Assembly: GCA_951406725.2 (NCBI GenBank)
Contig: OX597818.1
Span: 108,686,001-108,750,000, forward strand
Direction of reading: 5' to 3'
DNA: 64,000 bases
DNA from: Octopus vulgaris
Lineage: Eukaryota
The position numbers and the translations under genes were made by a program. Numbering within the stretch: the first letter of the stretch is position 1; every line of letters begins with the position of its first letter. The notes under the pieces were generated by a model. It saw only the letters and a program-made list of their open reading frames with translations. It ran no database searches and had not been told where the DNA came from. Below are positions 11,535 through 23,602 of the stretch, piece after piece.

Positions 11535-11942
11535 CACTGGATGAATGAAGGAAAGCACTGCATGAACTTTTGTATTATTGCCCTTGTTGTTCTTGCAGAT
11601 GTTTAGCCCCAGGTCAGACCTATATGCAGTTCATTCCAGCTCCACCTTGTAGTGGTTTGATCTGTTGATTCGTATCTCATAAGGCCCTCTATGAGAGAGA
11701 AAAAGAATGGGTTGCTTCTGTCTGGTAGTTTTTCTGTCTAATGTGATAGTCAGCACATCTGCTGTCGTCTGGTTTGTTTGGTGTTGAGAAGTTTAGGCAG
11801 GGAATCTGCAATGGAGACATGCAAAACAGCAACGGTTTGTGAGGGGAGAACATTTGAGCTTGAAGGGTTTGTAATAACAAGCTGATACTTAAGCACAGAT
11901 TTGTTGTGCATTGAAAAATATATTATTTATAATAATTAAACA

Positions 11943-12440
11943 TAGGCGCAGGAGTGGCTGTGTGGTAAGTAGCTTGCTAACCAACCACATTTTGCGGTGC
12001 AGTTTAACCAAATTCGGGTTTCTTATAGTCGTGATTCATATCGAGCCCGTCTGAGTATTAGCGCGTGTCTACGATGAGTCTACGATTTTAAAAATAATTT
12101 AACATAATTTTTTATTGCATTTTAATGCATAATTTTTCGTGTGTCGATGGCGGCGGAGTTGGCGTCCATGGTCACACCTGCACCTGTTTGCTTCTGCCCC
12201 TTCTTCCCTCCCTCGTGAAGCTGTGGGGAAGGGAGTGTAAGGAAATCAACGTCGTAAAGCATTGTCAAGGAGACCAACGTTCTTTTAGAACAACAACTTC
12301 ATGGCTTGAAGACACCAAAATTACCATAATTTTTTATTCCATTTTTAATGCATTTTTTTTTGTTATTTTTTTTGCTATAACTCACTAAAAATGCTTATAT
12401 AGTTATTTCCCTTACAAAGTCAAATGGGTGATACTGCTAG
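11943..12440 (+). mobile_element. SINE-A head fused to Helitron-like 3' sequence, flanked by a 20-bp direct repeat
   Basis: SINE head 11943-11990; CpG-rich body ending GATACTGCTAG; TTATTTATAATAATTAAACA at 11923-11942 and 12441-12460. Confidence 0.6.
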
Positions 12441-12726
12441 TTATTTATAATAATTAAACAGAGAAACACACAAACAGTTATTATTATTTCTTTATCTTCT
12501 TGTGAATATGAAAATGATGCCCGTTTACTATAGTTGTATGAAAATAACAAAAGATGAGAATTTGTTGCCCTCAAAACACACACACACACACTTTGCGTGT
12601 GTGTGTGTGTGTTTCATCAGAACTCTTAAATAGTTTCTGCCAAAAGATTTAAGATCAGGTTAGCAAGATTTCGTTTTTTGCCCCCTTATTGAATGCAACT
12701 GTTCCTGGATCACGTGACAATGAAAG

Positions 12727-12783
12727 AAACTACAAAAGGTTCTTTAAGAATCAAAATGATGAGAAAAAAGATGGATTTGGTGG
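12727..12783 (+). CDS. Candidate 57-nt symmetric (phase 2) exon
   Basis: First AG after an AG-free pyrimidine-rich zone; NYKRFFKNQNDEKKDGFG; donor GTAAAT. Confidence 0.25.
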
Positions 12784-13249
12784 GTAAATGCAGACTCTGG
12801 TGGGTCTCTAACCAAACTTTTGTGGTGTTTGATTCCATTTCTTTGCTTATTGAGTTCTACTGCTGCCCACATCTGCTATAACTTTCATCATCCCTTGATT
12901 GGTGAAAGAAGTATAATTAATTATAATTAGTACAGTTGATTAATTAGTGACTGAATAAACTCTTCAAGACTAAAACCAGTAAAAACAATACATAGATGTA
13001 ATTATTTGGAAGAGAGCAAATTGTTGTCATTTAATATCTGAGAGGTCCTTGAATTTGAGATTTTTGTTTGGGTTGTGCAGTTGGATATCTTCTCACCTGT
13101 ATTTCACTCTGTCTCTTGCCAAAGCAGTTTTCGACAGTTAAATCTTCTGGGACACTACCTTTTTGAGGGTTCAGTCAACTGGTTTGATCTCAGTCCATTT
13201 TTCACCCTGTTACTTCTTTTATTAATATCTCTTTGCCAAAACCTCGAAG

Positions 13250-13372
13250 AAGATCATTTTTGCTACCTGGGTGATCTAATTAGCAGCAGAGGAAGTCATA
13301 CAGAAAGTGTAGTTGCTAGATCAAGAATAGGATGGAGAAAGTTCAGAGTTATTACCTCTGTTGGCAACAAAA
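13250..13372 (+). mobile_element. Short RTE RT fragment
   Basis: FCYLGDLISSRGSHTESVVARSRIGWRKFR, typical of RTE RT motif 7 / thumb start. Confidence 0.75.
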
Positions 13373-13980
13373 GCTCTCTCTCTCTCTCTCTCTCTCTCCC
13401 TCTCTCTCCCCCATCTCTCTCCCTCTCTCTCTCTCTCATAACAGTCAGAAGCAACAACATTGCAATTGACAAACATTTAACTTGAAGTTTTGAAGTCAAT
13501 TTCTTGTCAGAGATTAAAGATTACAACTCTTAATGAAACCAAAGCTAATACTGAGTGTACCACTGGCCTTACACACTCCTGTTATTTGAGAATAATTTGC
13601 TTCAGGTTAATACTTCATTAAGGTGTGTGTGTGTGCACGTGCACTCATGCTGCTGTATGTGTATTTTATGAAAGGGGAAGCGTTATTTCTGATTGTTTAT
13701 GATTTGCTTTTGTTTGTGGTAAAAAGCTTTGACTGTTGAGACAATGGTTCATAAGAGGAACTAATCAAATAATTTCATAGCAAGATGATTTCCTTGACTC
13801 GGTTAAATATTACACCAGTGAGTTAGTGTTTTGATTATTAATATTTACAGTGTAATGTAAAGAGACTTAATAATGTGATAAATATTATAGAAATGACTCG
13901 TGACACACATTGCATCCAATAATGTCACTTCACTGACAACACATAAAACTGAAGTCATTAGCCAAATATAGAGCATAAAA

Positions 13981-14013
<33 letters not shown>

Positions 14014-14297
14014 CGTACATATATGTGCACACACACACACACATATATATATATAATTATTATTGGGTGACTTTATGTTAGTTGTTGCAAAGTAGTAAAT
14101 AAAGGAATTTTTGAATAATTTATGAATGTAATAAGTCTGACGAGACGGCTGACATTTTTTTTTTTTTTCACTTGTAATGTCTTATTCTTCATATTTCAAA
14201 CTAAAAAAATCTGTTTTTCTTTTCCCCTCCTGTTCCTTTTTTTCTTTTTTAATTTTTCATTTGTGTGTCTGGGTTTTGTGTTTTACTTGCAAACAAG

Positions 14298-14381
14298 AAA
14301 GACTATGGTTGTAGGGAATTTCAGACAACTACCAAAAGCAGGACTGGGGGTAGAAGCAAAACGCTACCCTCTCAGTCTTTG
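14298..14381 (+). CDS. Candidate 84-nt symmetric exon
   Basis: Long polypyrimidine tract ending AACAAG; two open frames (KTMVVGNFRQLPKAGLGVEAKRYPLSL or KDYGCREFQTTTKSRTGGRSKTLPSQSL); weak donor GTGAAG. Confidence 0.35.
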
Positions 14382-14694
14382 GTGAAGATGACGTTATTAA
14401 GAATGAACAATTATAAAATACTTACTCTTAATTTATTACTTTCTCTTAATTAGGATAATCACCATGACATAAACTGTTCCAGTGTTTCCTCTGACCATAG
14501 TCGCTGTCATCTCTGACAGAGTAATTTAAGACCAAAAGTATTCCTAGCATGACCGTTCCATCTTTTATTCAGAGAGAATATATCCAAAACTTCATCACCA
14601 ATAAGCCCTTCACTTTTTCAAATCAGTGAAATGAAATATGAGAAAGATATAGCTGTTATTTCCAGCTAGGCTGGCTCATTGTGCCTTGCTGCTG

Positions 14695-14725
<31 letters not shown>

Positions 14726-14764
14726 ACACACGTGCACACACACACACACACATGCACGCACACA

Positions 14765-15023
14765 TATAACCATACCTAATTAAACACCAAGAGGAAAACC
14801 ACCAAGCGGCTTCCTTGTTTGCTGAAAGAAGATGTCATATCTCCAAACCACAGAAAATATGTTCTCATACATAATAGCACAGTGGGTGTAAGCAGTCAAG
14901 ACTATAGGTAAAAGTTTAAAAGACTTGTTATTTTTCGTGGTTTGAAGGTCTGACATTTTCTTTCAGCAAGCATGGAAACCACTTGGTGGTTTTCCTCTTA
15001 ATGTATAATTACCCATGGTTATA
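14765..15023. repeat. Foldback inverted repeat, ~95-bp arms
   Basis: AAGAGGAAAACCACCAAG...GCTGAAAGAA..TGTCA pairs with TGACA..TTCTTTCAGC...CTTGGTGGTTTTCCTCTT. Confidence 0.85.
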
Positions 15024-15024
15024 C

Positions 15025-15063
<39 letters not shown>

Positions 15064-15115
15064 GTGAATGGAAGAAATGGAGTTGAACGAAGATTGTACA
15101 GAATTCCTTTTATTA

Positions 15116-15200
15116 CATTCTACACATGTTTCAAAGGCCACAATTTTCCAAATTCTGATTAAATAAGGATACCATATTGCAGCTTTCTCTTCAGGAAAAA
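15116..15200 (-). ncRNA. Hammerhead-like motif with long stem II (Penelope pseudo-LTR type)
   Basis: TTC-CTGAAGA-G-AAAGCTGCAAT...ATTGTGGCCTTT-GAAA-C(ATGT)G-TA-GAA. Confidence 0.45.
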
Positions 15201-15337
15201 CCAGGAATTACGTTGTCAGAACAAAACAAAACAGAACAAAACAAAACATATATATAAATAATTTACAGTCTACGGACAATTTTTTTACGCATGCTGGTCA
15301 CTTGTATAAATTATTATTTTTGATAATCTTTACCCTT

Positions 15338-15374
<37 letters not shown>

Positions 15375-15376
<2 letters not shown>

Positions 15377-15604
15377 CTTTACTGCCCACAAGGGGCTAAA
15401 CATAGAGGGGACATACAAGGACAGACAAAGGGATTAAGCCGATTACATCGACCCCAGTACGCAACTGGTACCTAATTTATCGACCCCGAAAGGATGAAAG
15501 GCAAAGTCGACCTCGGCGGAATTTGAACTCAGAAAGTAACGTCAGACAAAATGCCGATAAGCATTTCGCCTGGCGTGCTAACGATTCTGCCAGCTCCCCG
15601 CCTT
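15375..15604 (-). mobile_element. SINE family B, CpG-rich (young) copy in (TA)n
   Basis: GGCGGGGAGCTGGCAGAATCG head; AATTCCGCCGAGGTCGACTTTGCCTTTCATCCTTTCGGGGTCGAT core. Confidence 0.9.
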
Positions 15605-15796
15605 ATATATATATATCATATATATATCATTCGAGCTTGATTGTTGCCAGGGTCGCTGACTGGCTCCTGTGCCGATGGCACATAAAAAGCACCATTTGAG
15701 AAATTGATTGAAACTGTAACAATGTTTTTTTAATGTATGCCAACAGGGAGGGCAGTTGTTCAATGAGGAGGATGGTTCTTTGTGTATACACGAGAT

Positions 15797-15912
15797 TCAT
15801 TTTTTATTAGTTTCTCCTATAAGAGAGGAAAGGTCAGGCCCAAAGATATTGGCACTCTTCACTCTTCCGACTGGGAGATAATGTCCAGCTTGTGACACTT
15901 GCGCATCTACGT
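15797..15912 (-). CDS. Candidate terminal coding exon of an unidentified minus-strand gene
   Basis: Acceptor TCTTTTCTACAG; phase-1 frame VDAQVSQAGHYLPVGRVKSANIFGPDLSSLIGETNKK-stop (a phase-2 frame is also open to 15834). Locally GC-richer and non-repetitive. Confidence 0.4.
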
Positions 15913-16654
15913 CTGTAGAAAAGATGCAAGCAGGAAATGAACCAGAATTTTGGTCTGAATAATTGCAACAAAGTGAATTCCACTAAAAAAAATCCCCAAC
16001 AACTAAAAGTTATTGTTAAAACCGTGTATGATGCCTTCCATAGAATGTGTGTGTGTGTCTTTGAGAGAGCAATATGTTTTTCCACTCAGTTTCTCACAGA
16101 TTTCCATAATTTTCTTCTCTGTTAAGTTCATATATGTCATATAAGAATATGAAAAGAGAACAAAGAAAAAACCCCTCAAAGACAAAACATTTCTCCATGA
16201 GATGTCAATATTGTTGTTGTTTTCCTTTGTTGTTTGTGTCTGTTTGTCTTTTCTATGGTTTCATGATGCCATGGCTGATATAATCATTTCTCCAAATTCT
16301 TTCAGACACAAGACCAGAATTAGTATTCAGTAATGAAACTAGTTCTGATTCGGTAAATGTAATTATTACTCTTATATAATCACCGTTGTGTTCAAGGAAT
16401 GGTGCTGGGGTGGGGCTGGGGATACGTAACATTGTCTGGCACTGTCAAAACAATTATTACATGACTTAAACTAAGTAAGAAGTAATTCTAATTAGAGAAC
16501 AATGGATTATCATATAATCCATACAGATCCATATATAATAGATTCCTATAGATCTATAGATATGAAGATCCATCTTTGTGTTGTTGTAACAACTTCAGAC
16601 AGTGGCAGATAATGGGAAAGTATGACCAGGGATATTGTTTGGTTGAGTCACACC

Positions 16655-16920
16655 GATAGTTCTCAACTGGGTTCCACATGGCCCTTTGGGGTTCCACATC
16701 AGATTTCCTTTTATTAAAATGTGCTTTTTATTAAATTGCTTGTATTTCTTCAATACATCAAATATCTTAAAATTTTTTTGATGCAATTCCTAAAAATGGT
16801 TAATTCTAAAATTACAAGTGGTTAATTCCAAAATTATAAGCATTGAATGGCTGTGCAGGTCCATCGAGTGGAAGAGGAATTAAAGAGGGTCCATAGGTAA
16901 AAAACGGTCGAGAACCACTC
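16655..16920. mobile_element. hAT-type MITE (degenerate)
   Basis: Ends AGTTCTCAACTGG ... CGGTCGAGAACCACT resemble CAGTGGTTCTCAAC hAT TIRs. Confidence 0.5.
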
Positions 16921-17279
16921 AACTCCATGCATCTGTTACCTTATTGTTGAATATTACTAAACTATGGGGCAGAATGAAGACTTAAGGAAGCCAGGAAACA
17001 TTGAAATTACAAATATTACATCCTCCATGTATGATACTTTTTTAATGGTTGCTTAGTTAAATTCCATTCTATCTTAGAGCTGTCCATTTTTAGTAATTTG
17101 AAAAATTACCAAATTACACATCAACATAACCACCTTCATCATCATAGCTTTACCATTCGTTATGTCTCCAGTAAAGCATATTATTGTATTTCTTGATCTT
17201 GTACCATCTCATCCTGTTATGGATTTAAGCCCTTCCCAAGTCTTCTTTTGTCAAGGTTACCAAAGGTGTCATCCATTAG

Positions 17280-17868
17280 CATCACAATGGACGGTTTGAC
17301 TGGAGATTGGCAAGCCAGGAGGCTGCACCAGGCTCCAATCTCATCATGCAAGATTTCTACAGCTGGATGCTCTTCAGAATGCCAACCACTCTGAGAGTGT
17401 AGTGGGGGTGCTTTTTACATGTCACCGGCACAAGGGCCAGTCAGGCAGTACTGGTATTGACTATGCTCGACTAGTGCTTTTCATGTGCCACCAGCATGGG
17501 TGCCAATTAGATGGTACTGTCATCGACCATGACAATGACTTCACTTGACTCAACAGGTCTTCACAAGCGCAGTTTATTGCCCAATGATTGAAGGGTACTT
17601 CTTAAATGGGCTGGTTATGCTGCACTGGCATAGGCCATGGTTATGCTCTCACTTTAGTTGCCAGATCTTCTCAAGCACAGCATACCTCCAATGGTCTCAG
17701 ACAGTTGTTATCACCTCCACGAGGCCCAACATTCTAATGTGATGCTTCACCACCTCATCCCAAGTCTTCCTGAGTCTACCTTTTCCACAGGTTCCCTCTA
17801 CTGATTGGGTGTGACACTTTTTCACACAGCTCTTCTCATCCATACACAACACATGACCATACCCGTGC
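17280..17868 (-). mobile_element. RTE ORF end plus 3' UTR
   Basis: YGHVLCMDEKSCVKKCHTQSVEGTCGKGRLRKTWDEVVKH, followed by the UTR blocks. Confidence 0.85.
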
Positions 17869-17899
17869 AATACATACATACATACATACATACAACTCT

Positions 17900-18290
17900 G
17901 GCCAATAAGAAACCATAATTGCTTAAGAAATAGTTTTTTTTTCCCCCTTTTACTAAGAATTGAATCAAACTTGTCTCCTTCAAGATAATTCTTTCAACTG
18001 TTCAGTCATGTTCTCCAGTTTAACAATACCACCTGATAAGTGTTTTCAAGGGTTGGTACACTAACCCCATTGATTTTGTTCGGTCTCTTTGATTGTACAC
18101 AGAAGTAGCTCCAGTGGGGGCTTAAATCCCTAGAGCAGGGAGTGAGTGAGGGATGAATGTCACCACATGATTTGTCAAAAATCTCACAAATAAAAAAACT
18201 TGTGAGCAACTTCATTGTCCTTCTGTAACATTCAATACGTTCTTTGGGCCCCATTTCTTTTTTGTACTTTTATTCTGAGACACTTCAGGA
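17900..18290 (-). mobile_element. mariner transposase C-terminal relic
   Basis: TPCSRDLSP resembles PYSPDLAP; NYLEGD resembles the YFEGD end motif. Confidence 0.5.
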
Positions 18291-18324
18291 CATTCAAGTA
18301 AATATTCTATTGAACATAGACAGA

Positions 18325-18715
18325 GGTAAGGCTGTGTGCTAAAAGGTCTGCTTCCCAACCACGTGGTTCTGGGTTCAGTCCCACTGCATGGCAGCTGGGA
18401 GGTCTTCTGCTATAGCCTTGGGTCAACCAAAGACTTGTGAGTGGATTTGGCAGACAGAAACTGAAAGAAGCCCATCATGTATGTATGTGTGTGTGTAGCT
18501 CTGTGTTTGTCCCCCACCACTGTTTGACAACCGGTGTTGGTGTGTTTGCATCCATATAACTTAGCAGTTCAGCAAATAAGACTGATAGAATAAATATCAG
18601 GCTTTAAAAAATGAAAAATAAGTACTGGGGTTGATTCGTTTGAATAAAATGCTTCAAGGTGGTGCCCCAGCATGGTCGCAGCCTAATGACTGAAACAAGT
18701 AAAAAATAACAGAAA
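18325..18715 (+). mobile_element. SINE family A
   Basis: Family-A head, body and 3' blocks. Confidence 0.85.
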
Positions 18716-19523
18716 AGATGAACAATTTGCTACCAATCAGAAACAAGACTATCAACTCCACCTTCACATCTGAGTGGCAAATTCGTTTTGCTCCCAATAA
18801 TGACCATCCAATTGAATGTGATGCTTGCCTTTTGGTTTCACCATCACGTACACAATGCTTTCTCGTCTGTTATGACAGTTTTGAGAGAGTTTATTTGCTA
18901 TTCTCTTTTTATTCATCTCTCAACAGACACAACACAAATTATGTCACAAAATGATGCATCTTCAATTTTTCTTTTAAAATCATGAGACACAGCTGTTACA
19001 GATGTCTCCTTCTTACAAAACTTTTCTGGGGACAATTTTTAAGGATCCCAGTATGTCCCTTGCAATATGATCATTGCCTGTAACCATGGAAACCCACTCT
19101 AGAATAGTCTTATTAATAGAAGTTCTCAAATTGAAAAACTAGAACTTATGACATCACATATGGCCCGGACAATCCTTCTTACTGATCAGAACATCAGAAC
19201 ATTTCTCATAAAAGTTTTTCCCAATTGGAAGCAGATTTTCACCCAAACATGCTGTGCTTCCAAATTCTTTAGTGTTCAGCTTCAACAAATTATGAAGTGC
19301 ACGAAACAGATAAGTAGACCTAAAGCACAAAAGATTGATGACTAAGAACAATCAACGACTAAACAGATCAATGGCTATTATTAGACTGATCACCATTGGT
19401 TTTTATTACGTGAAACAATAAATTATTTCTATTAAATGACGCAATCAAAACATTGTTTGGGAGAATTATCAGTTGTGTAATTTTCTCTCTGAATCTTTGT
19501 TTCTAGTTTTGATAAGACATTAA

Positions 19524-19673
19524 TCATCATCATCATCATCATCGTTTAACGTCCGTTTTCCATGCTAGCATGGGTTGGACAATTCGACTGGGGTCTGGGA
19601 AGTCAGGAGTCTGCACCAGGCTCTAGTCTGATCTGGCAGTGTTTCTACAGCTGGATGCTCTTCCTAATGCCAA
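19524..19673 (-). mobile_element. RTE 3' tail fragment
   Basis: (CAT)n followed by the reverse complement of the terminal UTR block. Confidence 0.8.
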
Positions 19674-19695
19674 TATATATATACAATTATATAAA

Positions 19696-20156
19696 TACAG
19701 TGTACATTTAAACACATAAGAGGTATCCGTCATAGGATTCCTGGCATGCTAGAAGGAACAGCCAAAATCCAAACCACTATTAGGGATAAAACTTCAAAGG
19801 GAATGAAAAATAAAAACATTTACCATCTATCTCCTGAACCATGGTTTCTGACTTTTTTTTAGCAAATAAAATAATTTCCTAGGTGAAGTCTTCATCAGCA
19901 GGTACATCTAGATTAAACATATAAGTATGAGGCAATCCAGCATGTGTCCCGTGCTTATACATTATAATTTTTCAAATCCATTTATTTGCCTAAAAAAAAG
20001 TCAGAAACCATGGTCCAGGAGATAGATGGTAAATGTTTTTATTTTTCATTCCCTTCAAGGTTTTATCCCTAATAGTAGTTTGTACTTTGGCTGTTCCTTC
20101 TAAAGTGCAAGGAATCCTATGACATCTACCTCTTATGTGTTTAAATGTACACTGTA
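19696..20156. mobile_element. Foldback element / MITE, ~175-bp arms, TA-flanked CAGTG termini
   Basis: TA-CAGTGTACATTTAAACACATAAGAGGTA ... TACCTCTTATGTGTTTAAATGTACACTG-TA. Confidence 0.8.
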
Positions 20157-20236
20157 GTCTATTGACTAATTTTTCTACACGCTAGGCCACTGATAGTAAA
20201 AATTTCTAAAATCTTTATTACCCTGATATTATTAAT

Positions 20237-20277
<41 letters not shown>

Positions 20278-20340
20278 TACAGAATAATATAGCAAAATTC
20301 TATTTTGGCAGTAACTTCTCTAAGAGATTGGTTCCTTATA

Positions 20341-20655
20341 TTACAGCATTTCTTTCTGTGATGTCCAGATCTCAGGTCTGCTGAATTTAAGAGTTCCAAC
20401 CTCTGCTACAATATCTTCCCATCCCTGAATACTCCTGTCTCCCAGACCTTGCATTAAGTGATTTACAAAACATTCTTTCACAATTCTGTCATTTTCTGGG
20501 ATTCCCTCATGGCCCCTGTTTTGTTTTTCTGTTGATATTCCAACATCCAAGCTGAATAGTAACTGCATCCTCCCCACTCGTCCAGGAAAAGTTGCAAAAG
20601 AGGTGAGTCCATTCTCTTGGTTCTGGTCTAAATAATTCGAAAGAAGCCAAGTTGT
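20341..20655 (-). CDS. Candidate terminal exon (104 open codons)
   Basis: Acceptor TTTTCTACTTTGTAG, then phase-0 TTWLLSNYLDQNQENG...EIWTSQKEML-stop. No family recognised. Confidence 0.3.
   Translation of the reverse strand, partial: TTWLLSNYLDQNQENGLTSFATFPGRVGRMQLLFSLDVGISTEKQNRGHEGIPENDRIVKECFVNHLMQGLGDRSIQGWEDIVAEVGTLKFSRPEIWTSQKEML
20552..20602 (+). CDS. Candidate 51-nt exon (alternative reading of the same region)
   Basis: Pyrimidine tract plus CCAAG acceptor; LNSNCILPTRPGKVAKE; strong donor GAG|GTGAGT. Confidence 0.25.
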
Positions 20656-21346
20656 CTACAAAGTAGAAAACCACATTTCACCAAGAGTAGTAAAGCAAAA
20701 TAATGTAAGGTGAAAAACTGATGTAGAAGTGTGAGAGAAAGTTCCGGCACCAAACTTGTAAAATAACCATTTCATTGATGTGTTAATGTTTAGGTTGAGG
20801 AGAGGAGATGGTTGTTATCAGAATATTTAACAGAAAGACTATTATCAGGAATGGTGAAATATCAATGTCGCTATCTTTCCACATCACTTTTCATAATCGA
20901 TATGTAATTACATATACTTAGGATATATTCTACAGAGATTAGACAGCCAAAATAGGTATCAACCATTCAGATTTCATGGTTGACTGATTTAGCCAAGAAA
21001 AGCTACATAAATTTGAAAATAAGGGAAAAGGATATAATTTTTATTCTAATGATCATTCCTAAAGCATTATGAAAATATGCTAAAATTGAAAAAAGAAAAA
21101 AGGTAAAACAAAAGATTTATTGATAATTCTGAATAATGGTATGGCTTGAAGGATGGATTTGTAGCTTACGTGGACATACCTTGGAGCATATGATTAAGTA
21201 ATTAACACATGATTAATTAAGATACACCATTGGTTAATTAATACATACAATTGATTAGCAGGTATCAGGTGTCAGGGAGGAATAGTCATGTACACTGTTT
21301 GAAATCGCAGCCAAGTCAACTCTGCAATTTATCCTTTCAGGGTTGA

Positions 21347-21561
21347 TTAACCCTCCAAGCATTCAGATTGTCAAGCACAATGTTTTATTTATTCACACTC
21401 TTTTGAATTAATCATGTATTATCTTGTAGCTTTAAGACTTGAATGATGTGATTGTTTATTTTTAGAATGACATTGTAGGGTAGGTGTGAGAGGCAGGATC
21501 TAGTAGGTTCGAACATAAAATAGGTAAAATATTTTGGCCAGTTTAAATGCTAAAGGTTTAA
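21347..21561. mobile_element. TTAA-ended MITE (piggyBac-like)
   Basis: TTAACCCT..AGCATT ... AATGCTAAAGGTTTAA; shared core TAGAATGACATTGTAGGGTAGGTGTGAGA. Confidence 0.7.
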
Positions 21562-22010
21562 GAAATTGAGGGCAGAGGAATATGCACATGATAGTTTACA
21601 TTCTGTTTTGTGTGATCATAATAATTGATATTTGTTTGGCAGGCCTTCGCAGTAAATATATCATGCTTGGAATTCTATCAATAAACTGTCATTGATGTTA
21701 AGCTTCAGATACCTCAGCAAAATCTGTGACTGAGTGGGTAGAATAAAACTGAAACCCTTGTGTATCCACTGTATCACCAGTGCAAACATGGAAAAGTGGA
21801 TGTTAAAACAATGATGTATGTTATACATACACATATGCATACTGTATTTTATAATATACGTATATACACACACACATATATTTAATATACACTTATATAG
21901 CATATAAGCAGATGTGTGTGTGTATGTGTGTGCTTGTGTGTATACATATTCAAGAGCATCTGAATGGCTGTTAAATGATGATTTGTGTGTGTATATTTAT
22001 ATATATGTGT

Positions 22011-22058
<48 letters not shown>

Positions 22059-22505
22059 CACACACACACACACGCATATATTCTTTAATAGTATATGATC
22101 ATGATTTGGTTGATTAGCTAACTAATCAGAGATTGTGTTCTGCTATTAAAATTCCCTTCATGTCTTTTATTGAGGTGGTAAGATTTCAAGACATTTAACT
22201 GCACAAGTGATTGTACAAGAACTTACAACTGATTCCTTGAAAAGTCTGTGACACTTTGTCCAATGAACCATTGGCATACATGACAATTATCAGAACTCTT
22301 TTTTTAACCCAGAAAATAATAATAAAAATGTAAAAAGTCTGTCATTTATAGTAATACAATATATTTATCTCTTTTTTTTTTTATTTGGTTAATCACAAGA
22401 AATCTTTGTAAGTATTGACTAAAAAACAAAAAAAAAACCCCAAAAAACTTCATTATAAGAAATAGATTTCAAATAAATAAAATAAATAATTGAATAACTT
22501 AATAC

Positions 22506-22569
22506 TTCCTGTCTTAAATTCCATGAAGTCGTTGTTGCTGTTGGTTTTTAACTCCAAAATGTCTGCAGA
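22506..22569 (-). CDS. Candidate internal exon
   Basis: Very strong T-rich tract, then ACAAG (or CTGCAG 7 nt later); SADILELKTNSNNDFMEFKTG; donor GTATTA. The phase-1 end is compatible with the exon at 15912. Confidence 0.3.
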
Positions 22570-23219
22570 CTTGTAAATATAAAAATACAAAAAAAAAAAT
22601 TAAGAATAAAAAGAAGCAAATTAATATTTTCCATTTCTGTTGCCAATGAATCATACAAAAACACACGAGTCTGGTAGTGACTAACTACCAAGTTCTGCTC
22701 TTCCGATCTCTTTCCTTTTAAGACACACTAACTCCCTGTCATGATGGGAAATGCCAGTATGGCCAGACCAGGACTCCGTCTCCTAGCATCCAATAGTACT
22801 TTAATGGAGGATGCCCCTGTTTCAGGGATGTCCCTGTCTCTGTTACACTTCCCATCCGGCCTTACAAAAGGTATTTCAAATAACGAGTGGCCTCATTTGA
22901 AATCATCAACAGCCAGAGTCTGCACATAATCTTTGACATTCACTGAAGACCTTGATTTAGGCAAAGATCAGCATTGAAGCCATGCAGTTATGTGTGCTGT
23001 TACCTTGGGTGGAGGACATTTTCAGTCTGTCAAATCATCCCCTGCTCAAGATTGTGCTGTGTAACACTGGCCTCCATGACAGAGAGGTTCTAAAGACCAA
23101 GAAATACGAAGACTCTTAGAAGAAACCCTTTGATTCTTGTCACATATCTGTGTGTGTGTATGACCATCCAACCAATGCCAGCATGGGCAATGGAGGTTAA
23201 ATGATGATGATTAAGAGAC

Positions 23220-23602
23220 TTATTGAGTCAAGTACATCAACATCAAAATAAAAGTCAAATGGAGATTGTAGTTGTGATACCTGTGTTGGTGGCTTGTAAA
23301 AAGCACCATCCGAACGTGGCCGATGCCAGCGCTGCTTTGACTGGCTTCTGTGCCAGTGGCATGTAAAAAGCACCAACCAATCGTGGCCATTGACAGCCTC
23401 CTCTAGCCCTTGTGCCAGTGGCACGTAAAAAGCACCCACTACACTCATGGAGTGGTTGGCATTAGGAAGAGCATCGAGCTGTAGAAACACTGCCAGATGA
23501 GATTGGAGCCTGGTGCAGCCTCCTGGCTTCCCAGACCCCAGTCAAACCGTCCAACCCATGCCAGCGTGGAAAACGGACGTTTAACGATGATGATGATGAT
23601 GA
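23220..23602 (+). mobile_element. RTE 3' UTR with three repeat units and (GAT)n tail
   Basis: Same blocks as 59950-60317. Confidence 0.85.

Noticed and set aside
21190-21260. Clusters of TAATTA/TGATTA homeodomain-like sites (also ~12910-12950, 29220-29270)
   Set aside because: Expected by chance in AT-rich low-complexity DNA; no independent support.
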